Program-made: the position numbers and the translations under genes
The notes under the pieces: model-generated
What the model saw: only the letters and a program-made list of their open reading frames with translations
Database searches by the model: none
What the model was told of the DNA's origin: nothing
In this document: positions 33,212 to 42,840 of the stretch, piece by piece
How positions within the stretch are numbered: the first letter of the stretch is position 1
How the letters are laid out: each line of letters opens with the position of its first letter
Assembly (NCBI GenBank): GCA_045643145.1
Contig: JAZUKG010000232.1
Coordinates: 31,412-95,411 of the forward strand
From: Lachnospiraceae bacterium
GTDB lineage: Bacteria > Bacillota > Clostridia > Lachnospirales > Lachnospiraceae
Direction: 5' to 3'
Length of the DNA: 64,000 nucleotides

Positions 33212-36200
33212 TTATGCTAAAAGCATCATAAACATTTTTACGGTCTGATATAAAGAACTGGTATCACTTGTGCTTCCTTGCTCTGTGAGTTCTGCTGTTT
33301 TGTCTGATCGCATTTGCTTCCCTGCAAATGTTTCGCTTCTAAGGCCGGTTTCAGACACTGTGTCACTTTGTATAATCATAATATCGGCTTCTTTTCCGGT
33401 TTTCGATAGAATATCTTCTTTAAATTTTTCTACTTTTTCCAAAAGCATATCTTTTTCGCCAAGGTCCGTAGTTGCAATATATCCCTTGATTTGACTTTCA
33501 TCTGAAACGAACTGAGCGAGTACCTGTCCGCCATTTGGCAAAGATACATTTACCTTGGCATTTGGTCTGTCCGCATTTTCATCCTTGATCTGGATCTTCA
33601 TATTTACGAGCTGACCCTGCACATAAGCCGGCATTTCATAGGTTTGCTTTCTGGCCATCTTGCTCGCAACAGAAAGCTGTTTGGAAAGAAGACTGAGTTC
33701 TCTGATGTCTAAAGAAGTCTGTCCTTCCATATTCATTCTTTCATTTAAGACTTCTTCCAAATCCTTTGTCATCTGTTCATAGCTTTGCATGGCTTCTTCT
33801 TTGCCTTCAAACTGCTGCCAGACCTTATCCATGGTTTCTTCAAATTTGGCATGATCCAATTTTTGGAAAGTATCGGACTTTTCCTTTGTTAACAAATAAA
33901 GTGAAGCCATATTTTCTGTTGATAAAGAAACATTTTCCTCAAATAATGTATCTTCTAACTCTGAGACATCAGCCAATGTCGATTTGAAATCGTCATACTG
34001 TCTCTTTGCATATTCCTGTGAATCATTGATTCTTTCAAAAGACTCTTCTTTTAACTGATCTAAAGACCTTACCAAGTCGCCTAAAGTAGAATCCATGGTA
34101 ATCTGGCTTCGTTCTATCATTTCCGGTGTAGCCATAGACAAAAATTCACCGGTTTTATGTTGATAGTAGCTTCCGATTTGATCGGAAATAGATTTTCCTT
34201 TTTGCTGGCTGTTTACTGCTCCAAACTCATCATTTACAGAATAATCCATCCCTTTATTTTGTCCGGTTCGAAGTGCAGACAAAAGATTGGATAAAGAAAG
34301 CTCTCTGTTATCTGCAATCAGACGTCCGATGGCCCTGTCATCCGTATTTTGAATCTGTGTCATCAGTCTGTAAATTCCGATATAGCTTTCTCTTTCCTGC
34401 GGACTGATTTCCTTTTTCTGTTCCATTTGATACAGAAAATGACTGTATTTTTCACTTCTTTCTTCAAATGAAGTTTCCTGTTTATCAAAGTATTCATGCA
34501 GAGTATCAATATCTTCTTCTAACGGATTGATTCCGTCACGAATCATCTGAAGCGTTGCTGCAGGTGTCATTTTATCAAAGAGTTCATTTACTGTCTGATC
34601 TGCCGTGCGTACCTTTACAATATGATCATAGGTGATATCCATCTGGTTATAAGCTAAAATACGTACAGCTCTCTGATTGTCTTTATTAATTTCTAAACCG
34701 TTTTCTTTTAATAAGTCATCCACATTTTGGAATGCCTTGGAAATGCGATCGCCCAAATCCTGTCTCGGTTTTGTCATGAGTGCTTCGTAGCTTTGATTTT
34801 GTTTTTCGTAGGTGTCCCTTAATGCACTGCCTTCCTTATGAAGCATTCGAATCGAAAGGAAGGTATCGGTATTAACTGCCTTTGCCAAAACACCTGCCGG
34901 CATTTCCTTAAGTTCCTGTGTTTTTGAAATACTTTCTGCCAGGAGATCATCTGAATCTTTATCCCCTGTAGTAAGTCCCCAACGGATTTTTTCATCCTGA
35001 AGGTCCTTTAGAGCATCTACCAGCTGTGAAAGAGGTTTGGTATCAATAGAAATACCTGTCTTTAATAAGCTGATATTGGCTGATACACTCATATATAATC
35101 TGGCACTTTGTAAATCTGCCACTGCCTTTAACTGCTTTTCATCTAAAGAAGCATATTCCTTGATTTCTTCCTGAGCCTGAATATATGTCAGGTTTCGAAT
35201 TGTTAATTCCTGATTGAGGGAAGCTGCATATGCCACTGTTTTTTCTTCTATACCGGACAGTGCTTCCTGTGATTTTATTGCCTGTTCTTTTACAGACGGA
35301 GCACATAAATCGGTACTCATTGGTGTAAATCCGTCTTCGACGCCGCCGGCGATTTTCTTGGCAAAAGCTTCCTTTGTCATCGGGAAATCCGTTTCATTCA
35401 TTTCATGTAACTTGAGTAAATTGTCCTCTGTTAAGCAGATTTCCTTATCCATAAGCCATTTGGCTTCCTGCATTGTTTTTTCATTTGCCTCTAATCCGGC
35501 CTTTTTAATGACTGCTTCTACCTGTCCTTTGATTTGTTCAAAGTCTTGATCACCGGATCTTTTACCGACATAACCCTGCTGATCTATAAAATATGAATTT
35601 CCGGCTTCACTTTGTGAAGTGATTCCGCTGTGACTTGCTAAATATATATTTTCTACAGATGGTGCTAATTCGTTTTGCAGTAAATATGCCTTGGCATCAT
35701 CCTTTAATCCATCCTGTGTTAACTGACTTAATTTATCAAAGCTGTCTACACTTTCTTTTGCAATATCCTCATTTAACGGGAGGTTTTGTTCGTTAAATGA
35801 AGCATATAAACTCTGCGCATATCCGGCATCCTTTGTGATTTCCTGTAAAACCTCCGGATCTATATCTGCCTGACCGTTAAATCCGCTGATTACAACGCCG
35901 CCCTTTGCCATTTCCGCTTTGATATGATCCATAATCGTTACAGCATCTCTTGGATCAACCTTTCCCGGATGAACCCCTTCTTTTACCATTTTGCTAAAAT
36001 CTTCTTTGGACATGGTTTGAGCCATAACTGTCATATATCTTTTATACATTCCTGCATCTGTCAGCATGGCTTCCTGTTTGTATTTCTGGAACGTACTTTT
36101 CTGCTTTTCATAAGCACCGATTCCGGTTTTGTTTTTTCCAAAAGAAAATTCTATTCCGTTTACAGGACCTTTTTCTTTTACCTGCGATACATTTTCACCT

Positions 36201-36265
36201 GTAAAAAGATTTGGTCTGGTGGCAATATCCTGTTTTTCCTGTAAATAATCTGCTGTAATATGCAT
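33212..36265 (-). CDS. Large (1017 aa) uncharacterised soluble protein, first gene of the flagellin operon
   Basis: Long uninterrupted ORF with RBS AGGAGAAG. No TM helix or signal peptide. Charged helical composition. No catalytic motif recognised. Confidence 0.8.
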   Translation of the reverse strand: MHITADYLQEKQDIATRPNLFTGENVSQVKEKGPVNGIEFSFGKNKTGIGAYEKQKSTFQKYKQEAMLTDAGMYKRYMTVMAQTMSKEDFSKMVKEGVHPGKVDPRDAVTIMDHIKAEMAKGGVVISGFNGQADIDPEVLQEITKDAGYAQSLYASFNEQNLPLNEDIAKESVDSFDKLSQLTQDGLKDDAKAYLLQNELAPSVENIYLASHSGITSQSEAGNSYFIDQQGYVGKRSGDQDFEQIKGQVEAVIKKAGLEANEKTMQEAKWLMDKEICLTEDNLLKLHEMNETDFPMTKEAFAKKIAGGVEDGFTPMSTDLCAPSVKEQAIKSQEALSGIEEKTVAYAASLNQELTIRNLTYIQAQEEIKEYASLDEKQLKAVADLQSARLYMSVSANISLLKTGISIDTKPLSQLVDALKDLQDEKIRWGLTTGDKDSDDLLAESISKTQELKEMPAGVLAKAVNTDTFLSIRMLHKEGSALRDTYEKQNQSYEALMTKPRQDLGDRISKAFQNVDDLLKENGLEINKDNQRAVRILAYNQMDITYDHIVKVRTADQTVNELFDKMTPAATLQMIRDGINPLEEDIDTLHEYFDKQETSFEERSEKYSHFLYQMEQKKEISPQERESYIGIYRLMTQIQNTDDRAIGRLIADNRELSLSNLLSALRTGQNKGMDYSVNDEFGAVNSQQKGKSISDQIGSYYQHKTGEFLSMATPEMIERSQITMDSTLGDLVRSLDQLKEESFERINDSQEYAKRQYDDFKSTLADVSELEDTLFEENVSLSTENMASLYLLTKEKSDTFQKLDHAKFEETMDKVWQQFEGKEEAMQSYEQMTKDLEEVLNERMNMEGQTSLDIRELSLLSKQLSVASKMARKQTYEMPAYVQGQLVNMKIQIKDENADRPNAKVNVSLPNGGQVLAQFVSDESQIKGYIATTDLGEKDMLLEKVEKFKEDILSKTGKEADIMIIQSDTVSETGLRSETFAGKQMRSDKTAELTEQGSTSDTSSLYQTVKMFMMLLA

Positions 36266-36282
36266 AAGCTTCTCCTAAAATT

Positions 36283-36316
36283 AAATAAAAAAGGGTAAGT
36301 CCTTTGACTTACCCTT
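36283..36316 (-). terminator. Rho-independent terminator of glgB
   Basis: Minus strand AAGGGTAAGTC-aaag-GACTTACCCTT followed by TTTTTATTT. Confidence 0.78.
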
Positions 36317-36317
36317 T

Positions 36318-36345
36318 ATTTCGGCTATTTTTATTTATTTCTTTA
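36318..36345 (-). promoter_or_regulatory. Sigma-28 (SigD/FliA)-type promoter candidate
   Basis: Minus strand TAAA-N16-GCCGAAAT compared with the consensus TAAA-N15-GCCGATAT. It lies 52 nt upstream of the 1017-aa ORF start. Confidence 0.55.
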
Positions 36346-36367
36346 CTTTCCTTCAAGGCTCGTATTC

Positions 36368-38284
36368 TTAGAATAAGAACATAGCACTTCCATATGCAGG
36401 AAGAGTAAAGCTGATACTATAATCTCTTCCGTTGCATTCTATCTTTTCTGCAGCGATTTCCTTTGGAATCACACATCCGTTTCCTCCAAAGCATTCTTCA
36501 TCACTGTTTAATAAGAGTTTATATTTTTTCTTTTTTGGAACTCCGATGCGATAGTTTTGTCTTTCCATCGGTGTCATATTTAATACAACCAGAATATTGT
36601 TTCTGCCGTTTTCAGATTTACGCATATAAGAATATACACTGTTTTCCTTATCGTCTGCGTTAATCCATTCAAAACTCTTCCAGTTATTGTCATTTTCATA
36701 AAGACAAGGATATTTATTATATGCTTCCAAAAGCTTTTGCATATAATATTTCATAGAGCTGTGTTCTTTATCCTGAAGATAATGCCACTCAAGCTCTCTG
36801 GCTTCTGACCATTCACAATCCTGTCCAAAATCCTGTCCCATGAATAAAAGCTTTTTACCGCAATGTGTAAACATGTAGGTAAAGCCGGTTCTAAGGTTAG
36901 CAAATTTATCTGTATAGTATCCCGGCATCTTGTTCAGCATAGAACATTTCAAATGCACTACTTCATCATGAGAAATCGGTAAAATATAATTTTCACTTTC
37001 ATTGTAGCTCATGGCAAAGGTCATGGCATAATGATTATCTTTTCTAAAGATAGGATCCAGCTTCATATAATTACAGAAATCATGCATCCATCCCATATTC
37101 CATTTAAAAGTAAATCCGAGTCCGCCTTCCTTTGGATCTCCTGTTACCATAGGCCATGCGGTTGACTCCTCGGCAATCATCATAGTTCCCGGATATTTTA
37201 CCTTCATCATAGAATTTAAATGTTTAAAGAATTCAATCGCGTGAAGATTTTTATTATTACCATATTCATTTGGAACCCACTGACCGTCTCTTCTGCCATA
37301 ATCCAGATAAAGCATAGAAGCTACCGCATCTACTCTGAGTCCGTCAATGTGGAATTTCTTTACCCAGAACATTGCATTGGCAATCAGGAAATTCACTACT
37401 TCCTTCTTTTCATAATTGAAAATCTTGGTTCCCCAGTCAGGATGTTCACCCTTTCTGGTATCCGGATGTTCGAATAATGGTTCACCATCAAAATTGGCAA
37501 GTCCAAACTCATCTCTTGGGAAATGAGCCGGAACCCAGTCTAAGATAACTCCGATTTTATGCTTGTGAAGTGTATTAACCAGATACATAAAATCCTGTGG
37601 TGTTCCGTATCTGGAAGTTGGTGCATAGTATCCTGTTACCTGATATCCCCAGGAACCGTCAAAAGGATGTTCTGAAATACCCATAAGTTCAACATGAGTG
37701 TATTTCATTTCCTTTACATATTCTACAAATCTGTCAGCAAACTCTCTGTAATTGTAAAATCCTGTTTCATCTTCATCCTCTACCGGATGTTTCATCCAGG
37801 AACCGATATGACATTCATAAACTGCCATCGGCTTTTTATTCGGATCACTTTTTGGTTTTTCTGTCATCCAGTTATCATCTGACCATTTAAATGTAGTCAA
37901 ATCTGTAATAACGGATGCATTGTCCGGACGAAGCTGCGCCTGATTTGCAAACGGATCCGCTTTATAAATTTTCTCACCGGATTTGGTTGTGATGACATAT
38001 TTATATAAGTCTCCGACTTTTGCTCCTTCTACAAACAGAGCATAAATTCCACCGTCACCCAGACGAGTCATATTATCTTTAAAAATATCCCAGTTATTAA
38101 AGGTACCAACTACATTTACATATTCTGCATGTGGTGCCCATACTGCAAAATAAACACCCTCTTTGCCATCTAAAGTTGTTTTATGAGCACCCATTTTTTC
38201 ATATATTTCATAATGAGTTCCCTGTGCAAAGAGATACTGATCATCTTCTGTTAAAAATAAAGGGTTTTTTATTGTATTACTCAT
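36368..38284 (-). CDS. glgB: 1,4-alpha-glucan branching enzyme
   Basis: 638 aa. CBM48 plus GH13 catalytic regions (GVILDWVPAHF, GLRVDAV, IAEEST, SHDEV). Confidence 0.95.
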   Translation of the reverse strand: MSNTIKNPLFLTEDDQYLFAQGTHYEIYEKMGAHKTTLDGKEGVYFAVWAPHAEYVNVVGTFNNWDIFKDNMTRLGDGGIYALFVEGAKVGDLYKYVITTKSGEKIYKADPFANQAQLRPDNASVITDLTTFKWSDDNWMTEKPKSDPNKKPMAVYECHIGSWMKHPVEDEDETGFYNYREFADRFVEYVKEMKYTHVELMGISEHPFDGSWGYQVTGYYAPTSRYGTPQDFMYLVNTLHKHKIGVILDWVPAHFPRDEFGLANFDGEPLFEHPDTRKGEHPDWGTKIFNYEKKEVVNFLIANAMFWVKKFHIDGLRVDAVASMLYLDYGRRDGQWVPNEYGNNKNLHAIEFFKHLNSMMKVKYPGTMMIAEESTAWPMVTGDPKEGGLGFTFKWNMGWMHDFCNYMKLDPIFRKDNHYAMTFAMSYNESENYILPISHDEVVHLKCSMLNKMPGYYTDKFANLRTGFTYMFTHCGKKLLFMGQDFGQDCEWSEARELEWHYLQDKEHSSMKYYMQKLLEAYNKYPCLYENDNNWKSFEWINADDKENSVYSYMRKSENGRNNILVVLNMTPMERQNYRIGVPKKKKYKLLLNSDEECFGGNGCVIPKEIAAEKIECNGRDYSISFTLPAYGSAMFLF

Positions 38285-38309
38285 GTTTTTTCCTCACTTC
38301 CTGTGTTTA

Positions 38310-41300
38310 TTAATTCATGAAATCCTTTTCTCTTAATACAATCATATCATTGTTATCGTAACGTTTTGCAAAAATAACATCCATAAAATGACCGACATTC
38401 TTTCTTTCGGCATTGGAAATCGCATCTGTTACCATCAATCTGACTTCATCTACTGTTACTGCATGGTCAATTGACTGACGTTCTTCAATTCGATTATATA
38501 GTGCTAAAGTTCCCATATCGTCAATGGAATATTCCATACTGTTCGCATATTCCTTACCGAATTTTACCAGTCCGTCATTATCCAAAGCTGTAATATCAAT
38601 GTTTACATTAAAGATATCATAAAGTCTTGCATAGCTTCTTGTTAATCTTTCAATGTTTCTCTTTGTATCTACCAAAGCTACAACAATACCATATTCTACA
38701 GTATCATTTAATTTGTTTGCCAGACTAACGATGGTATTCTGACTTAAATCTCCGGCATGATCGATAATTAATAATCCGTTCTTTAACTTTTCTACGAGCT
38801 CCGGTATATCTTTTTCAGAAAGGTCAGATGCTTCACATACTTCTGATACCTTTGAATATTTATCATTTGTTTCCTTTAAGTACGCATCGAAATTTTTTGC
38901 AATTTCAATAGGATGTGTTCCTACTTCTCCGGTAACAATTACATTTCCTGAGAATGGAATAAAGGTAATAGAATCAAGTGCTGAAGCAATCTGAGTTGCT
39001 AAATCCTTGGTTTGAGCCAGAGATCCAAATAAATCCTTTTCTGTCTTGGTTAATGCACGTGGTTCTGACGGATTTACCGGATTTGCCGGTGCAACTGGTG
39101 TCGGTGCTACCTGAAGAGGAGCTTCTGACTGAGATGTACTGTCATCCATCTGAGACATTTCCTGAGATAATGCTTCTACCTGGATATTAGTTGTATCATA
39201 ATGCTGATTTGATAACTCAGTCATTAACTTTTCTTCTAATCCGTTGATTTCTGCAGTATTAAAGGTTGATTCTAACATCTTTTCCTTTTCTTCTGCATCA
39301 CGTTTCATCTTAAGTGCCGCCTGAACTGCTGCCATTTTTGCAGCTTCCATTGCAGCATTTTCATCTGCAACTTCTTCTTTTAATGTTTCTTCCGTTTTCG
39401 GCTCTTCTGCAGGAATTCCCTCAGCAATTTCTTCTGCTTTTAGTTCTTCCTCTACAGGTGCTTCTACTACAGGGGCTTCTTCTTTTTCAGGTTCTAAAGC
39501 TTGCGCTACTTCTTCTTTCACTTCCTGAATACTTGGAACATCATCACCTAACTGGAATGGTTTGATTTCTTCCTCTTCTTCAGGTTCTTCCTTTACTTCT
39601 TCCGTGATTTCTTCTGCTTTCGGTTCAGCAGGTACTTCTTCTTTTACCTCTTCTACAGATTCATTCACAACTTCCGATACTATTGCTTCAGCTTCTTTCA
39701 CAGGTTCTTCAAGTGATTTTTCTTCTGTTTCCTGAACCTGAACTTCTGCCTCTGCCGGTGTTTCCTCTGTAACTTCTTTTATTACTTCTTCTGTAACTTC
39801 CTCTGTTGTTTCTTCTGCAGCTGTTGTTTCTTCTTCTGTTACTTCTTCTTCCTTAGCGGCTTCTTTTGCTGCTAATTCAGCTGCCTGTTCTTCTTTTTTC
39901 TTCTTTGATAAATTGATATCTGCTAATGTATCAGCAATAGAAGGAGCCATCTTTTCGTCTGATCCGGAGAATACACCCTTAAACAGACTGGTAATTCTTG
40001 ATAATCCCTTCTGTTCTTCTTCTTTTTCTTCTAACTCATCCTCAATTAGTGCATCTTCTACTTCTTTTGCTAAATCTTCTGTTTCAGAGAAAATATCTAA
40101 AGAAGGAGTTAATACATCAATCTGATTTTCAGGCTCATTCTTAAATCCTTCAAAATCAGAGAATAACGGACCTGTCTGTTCAAGCATACGTTTTTTCATT
40201 TCATCGATATGCTTTTCTTCATTTTCCTTTTTGGTCTTTTCCCATTCGCCCATAATATCGGAAAAACTGAGCTGTCCGGTAATCTGCTCCTGAACCATTG
40301 GTTCTTCTTCAGGAGTATTTTCAACTTTCTCTTCTTTTTCTTCTTTTACTTCTTCCGCTTTTTCTACTGCCGGAACAGTCTGCTGTGCAACCTGCTGTGC
40401 TACTTGCTGCGCTGCCTGCTTTGCAGCCTCCATAGCTACTGTTTGCATTGCCTGAATAAATGCTTCAGGTAATGGTTCATTTTGATTAAAAATCAGAGGA
40501 GTAATTTCTTTTTCAGGAGCCTTTGGTTCTTCTTTTACTTCTTCCTCAGCTGCTTCTTCGGCTACCTCTTCCGGTTCTTCCTCAGTTTCTTCCGGTTCTT
40601 TGGCTACTACCTCATCTTCCGATTCTTTGGAAATTTCCTCTTCCTCTTTCGCTGCTTCCTCTACGACTTCTACTAATTCTTCAAAAACATCCGATTCCAG
40701 TTTCACTGCTTCTTCAGCTACTTCTTCGGCTGTCTCTGTTGTTTCTTCTTCAGCCTTTTCTGTGTCTTTGGCTACTGCCTCATCTTTTGATTCTTCAGAA
40801 ATCTCCTCTTCCTCTTTCGCTGCTTCCTCTACGATTTCTACCAATTCTTCAAATGATTTGGTTTCTAATTCTACAGCTTTATCATCCGTTTTTGGTTCTT
40901 CTGAAACTTCTTCTTTCTCTTCTTCTGCTTCAGTTTCTTTTGATTCCTCAGCTTTTTCTGCCTCAGTCTCTTCAGTTACTTCTTCAGCAGCCTCTTCTAC
41001 TTTTTCTTCTGTTGGCTCTTCTGAAACTTCTTCTTCTTTATCTTCTGCTACTTCAGTTTCTTTTGATTCCTCAACTTTTTCTGCCTCAGTCTCTTCAGCT
41101 ACCTCTTCAGCAGTTTCTTCTACTTTTTCTTCTGTTGGTTCTTCTGAAACTTCTTCTTTTTCTTCTTCTGCTTCAGCTTCCTTTGGTTCCTCAGCTTTTT
41201 CTGCCTCAGTCTCTTCAGTTACTTCTTCAGCAGCTTCTTCAACTTTTTCTTCTGTTGGCTCTTCTGAAACTTCTTCTTTTTCTTCTTTATCTTCTGCTAC

Positions 41301-42668
41301 TTCAGTTTCTTTTGATTCCTCAGCTTTTTCTGCCTCAGTCTCTTCAGCTACCTCTTCAGCAGCCTCTTCTACTTTTTCTTCTGTTTCAGAAGCTTCAGAT
41401 GCTTCTTCACCCTGATCTGCAATTTTTGCCGCTTCAAAAATTGTATCAATCGGAAGTGCTCTGGTTGCATCATCTGCTTCCATATCTTCCTGTGCAAAAA
41501 GCTTTGCCAAATCCTTTGCTAATACTTCCTGCAAATTGATTGTGCTATATTCATCATCCACATCAATTGTCTTGACCTGAATATCTAAATCATCATCTTT
41601 TTTCTCTGCCTTTTCAGGAACAATCTTCATATCGGCATCTTCATCATCTTCTTCCAATGCCTCTTCTTCCTCAATTACTTCCTCCGGCTCATCTTCTGCT
41701 TCGTCTGACTCTTCTGTATCCTCTACATCTTCTTCCTCTAAAGCTTCGTCTTCCATGGTTTCATCATCAAGGATTTCTTCTTCAAGATCTTCTTCTAATA
41801 CTTCCTCGTCTTCTAATTCCTCTTCCGGCTCTTCGTCTTCCAGACTCTTTTCAACATCCTTTTCTGTAAACACGCTTAAATTGAAAAGACGCTTTGTTCC
41901 GCCTGTTTCCTGAGCAATCTTTTTAGACGGCATCTTAGCAGTCTTTGCTTTTGCTGCTTCAACCGTCTTGATTTCTATTGACATAGAAGGTTCTACTTCT
42001 TTTTCTTCTTCCTGAGGTTCCCCTGCCTCTACTGCAGCAATTGCTTCCAGCTCAGACATAAATCTGGCATTGTATTTTTCCTGCTGCTGAAGTGTTAATG
42101 GTGCATGAAGCATTTTAAGCTCCATCGCCTTTACAACATACTTACCTTCACCAAACCAAAGAATCAATTCATCACATTCTTCTACACATCTGGTAGCAAG
42201 TCCGATTCTATGATACAGATAAGCGAGCTCATATGCCCATTTTTCTCTGTAATCACGTTTTTTGTATTCTTCCAGCACAGCAATACGTTCTTCCAAACTT
42301 ACATCCTGTGCTTCATATAAACGATACTGAAGAATAAAACGTCCGGTATCTTTTGGCGCAATTTGAACAAATTCTTTATAATATTCTACTGCCTGAACAG
42401 TTTCTTCCAATTTAATAGAAAGCTCACATAAAGAATAAACGATCTTTCTGGAACCCGGCTGTAAATCGTATGCTAATAAGAGAACCTCTTTACTGTCCTC
42501 ATATCTTCGATTCATCTTATAAAGTTCACTGACTTTGCAGAGCATAACAACACTTCTGACCCTTCTCCAGTCGATTGTGTCAGCTATTTTAACTGCTTGT
42601 ACATACTCTTGTTCATCAATTAAAGAGTTGATTTCCTCAGCTCGAATTCGATATTCATATTTATCCAA
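38310..42668 (-). CDS. Giant (1452 aa) protein: N-terminal TPR-like domain, about 1000-aa poly-acidic repeat region, C-terminal degenerate AAA+ (SpoVK/CbbX-like) domain
   Basis: TTG start with SD GAGGTGA. The N-terminal about 200 aa are helical-repeat like. The middle is Glu-rich with tandem repeats. The C-terminal domain aligns by eye to SpoVK-type AAA+, but Walker A reads GEVGTHP and Walker B reads IIDHA. Confidence 0.85.
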   Translation of the reverse strand: MDKYEYRIRAEEINSLIDEQEYVQAVKIADTIDWRRVRSVVMLCKVSELYKMNRRYEDSKEVLLLAYDLQPGSRKIVYSLCELSIKLEETVQAVEYYKEFVQIAPKDTGRFILQYRLYEAQDVSLEERIAVLEEYKKRDYREKWAYELAYLYHRIGLATRCVEECDELILWFGEGKYVVKAMELKMLHAPLTLQQQEKYNARFMSELEAIAAVEAGEPQEEEKEVEPSMSIEIKTVEAAKAKTAKMPSKKIAQETGGTKRLFNLSVFTEKDVEKSLEDEEPEEELEDEEVLEEDLEEEILDDETMEDEALEEEDVEDTEESDEAEDEPEEVIEEEEALEEDDEDADMKIVPEKAEKKDDDLDIQVKTIDVDDEYSTINLQEVLAKDLAKLFAQEDMEADDATRALPIDTIFEAAKIADQGEEASEASETEEKVEEAAEEVAEETEAEKAEESKETEVAEDKEEKEEVSEEPTEEKVEEAAEEVTEETEAEKAEEPKEAEAEEEKEEVSEEPTEEKVEETAEEVAEETEAEKVEESKETEVAEDKEEEVSEEPTEEKVEEAAEEVTEETEAEKAEESKETEAEEEKEEVSEEPKTDDKAVELETKSFEELVEIVEEAAKEEEEISEESKDEAVAKDTEKAEEETTETAEEVAEEAVKLESDVFEELVEVVEEAAKEEEEISKESEDEVVAKEPEETEEEPEEVAEEAAEEEVKEEPKAPEKEITPLIFNQNEPLPEAFIQAMQTVAMEAAKQAAQQVAQQVAQQTVPAVEKAEEVKEEKEEKVENTPEEEPMVQEQITGQLSFSDIMGEWEKTKKENEEKHIDEMKKRMLEQTGPLFSDFEGFKNEPENQIDVLTPSLDIFSETEDLAKEVEDALIEDELEEKEEEQKGLSRITSLFKGVFSGSDEKMAPSIADTLADINLSKKKKEEQAAELAAKEAAKEEEVTEEETTAAEETTEEVTEEVIKEVTEETPAEAEVQVQETEEKSLEEPVKEAEAIVSEVVNESVEEVKEEVPAEPKAEEITEEVKEEPEEEEEIKPFQLGDDVPSIQEVKEEVAQALEPEKEEAPVVEAPVEEELKAEEIAEGIPAEEPKTEETLKEEVADENAAMEAAKMAAVQAALKMKRDAEEKEKMLESTFNTAEINGLEEKLMTELSNQHYDTTNIQVEALSQEMSQMDDSTSQSEAPLQVAPTPVAPANPVNPSEPRALTKTEKDLFGSLAQTKDLATQIASALDSITFIPFSGNVIVTGEVGTHPIEIAKNFDAYLKETNDKYSKVSEVCEASDLSEKDIPELVEKLKNGLLIIDHAGDLSQNTIVSLANKLNDTVEYGIVVALVDTKRNIERLTRSYARLYDIFNVNIDITALDNDGLVKFGKEYANSMEYSIDDMGTLALYNRIEERQSIDHAVTVDEVRLMVTDAISNAERKNVGHFMDVIFAKRYDNNDMIVLREKDFMN
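40560..41384 (-). repeat. In-frame tandem repeats inside the giant acidic protein gene
   Basis: 40894..41384 holds four units of 40-43 aa (TEEKVEEAAEEV[AT]EETEAEKAEE[SP]KE...EEVSEEP). About 40560..40893 holds two units of about 55 aa (FEELVE[IV]VEEAAKEEEEIS.ES.DE.VAK). Confidence 0.85.
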
Positions 42669-42727
42669 AATTCTTCACCTCAATTTAAAAAATTCTAAAA
42701 AGTTTACTTATAATCCCACTCCGTTTA

Positions 42728-42756
42728 AGTGTATCACACTGGCTATTTCATGTCAA
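42728..42756 (-). promoter_or_regulatory. Sigma-A promoter candidate for the giant-protein/glgB transcription unit
   Basis: Minus strand TTGACA-17 nt-TACACT, with TG of an extended -10. Confidence 0.5.
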
Positions 42757-42840
42757 AATGAGAACACAGATATTTCATGATTTTTAGGCAAAAAAAAAGC
42801 ACCACCCCGCAGCCTAAAGCTACGAAACGATACTTTATAG

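Noticed and set aside
40560-41384. Regular repeats of about 120 nt as a possible CRISPR-like array.
   Set aside because: The repeats are contiguous with no unique spacers, lie in frame within a long ORF and encode a coherent acidic peptide repeat. No cas genes are in the window.
40523-41539. Long plus-strand ORFs (338 aa Leu/Pro-rich and 271 aa Ser-rich, 40600..41415) inside the giant acidic gene.
   Set aside because: They are antisense-frame artefacts of the GAA/GAG-rich tandem repeats: low-complexity, no RBS, and fully contained in a much longer coherent minus-strand ORF.
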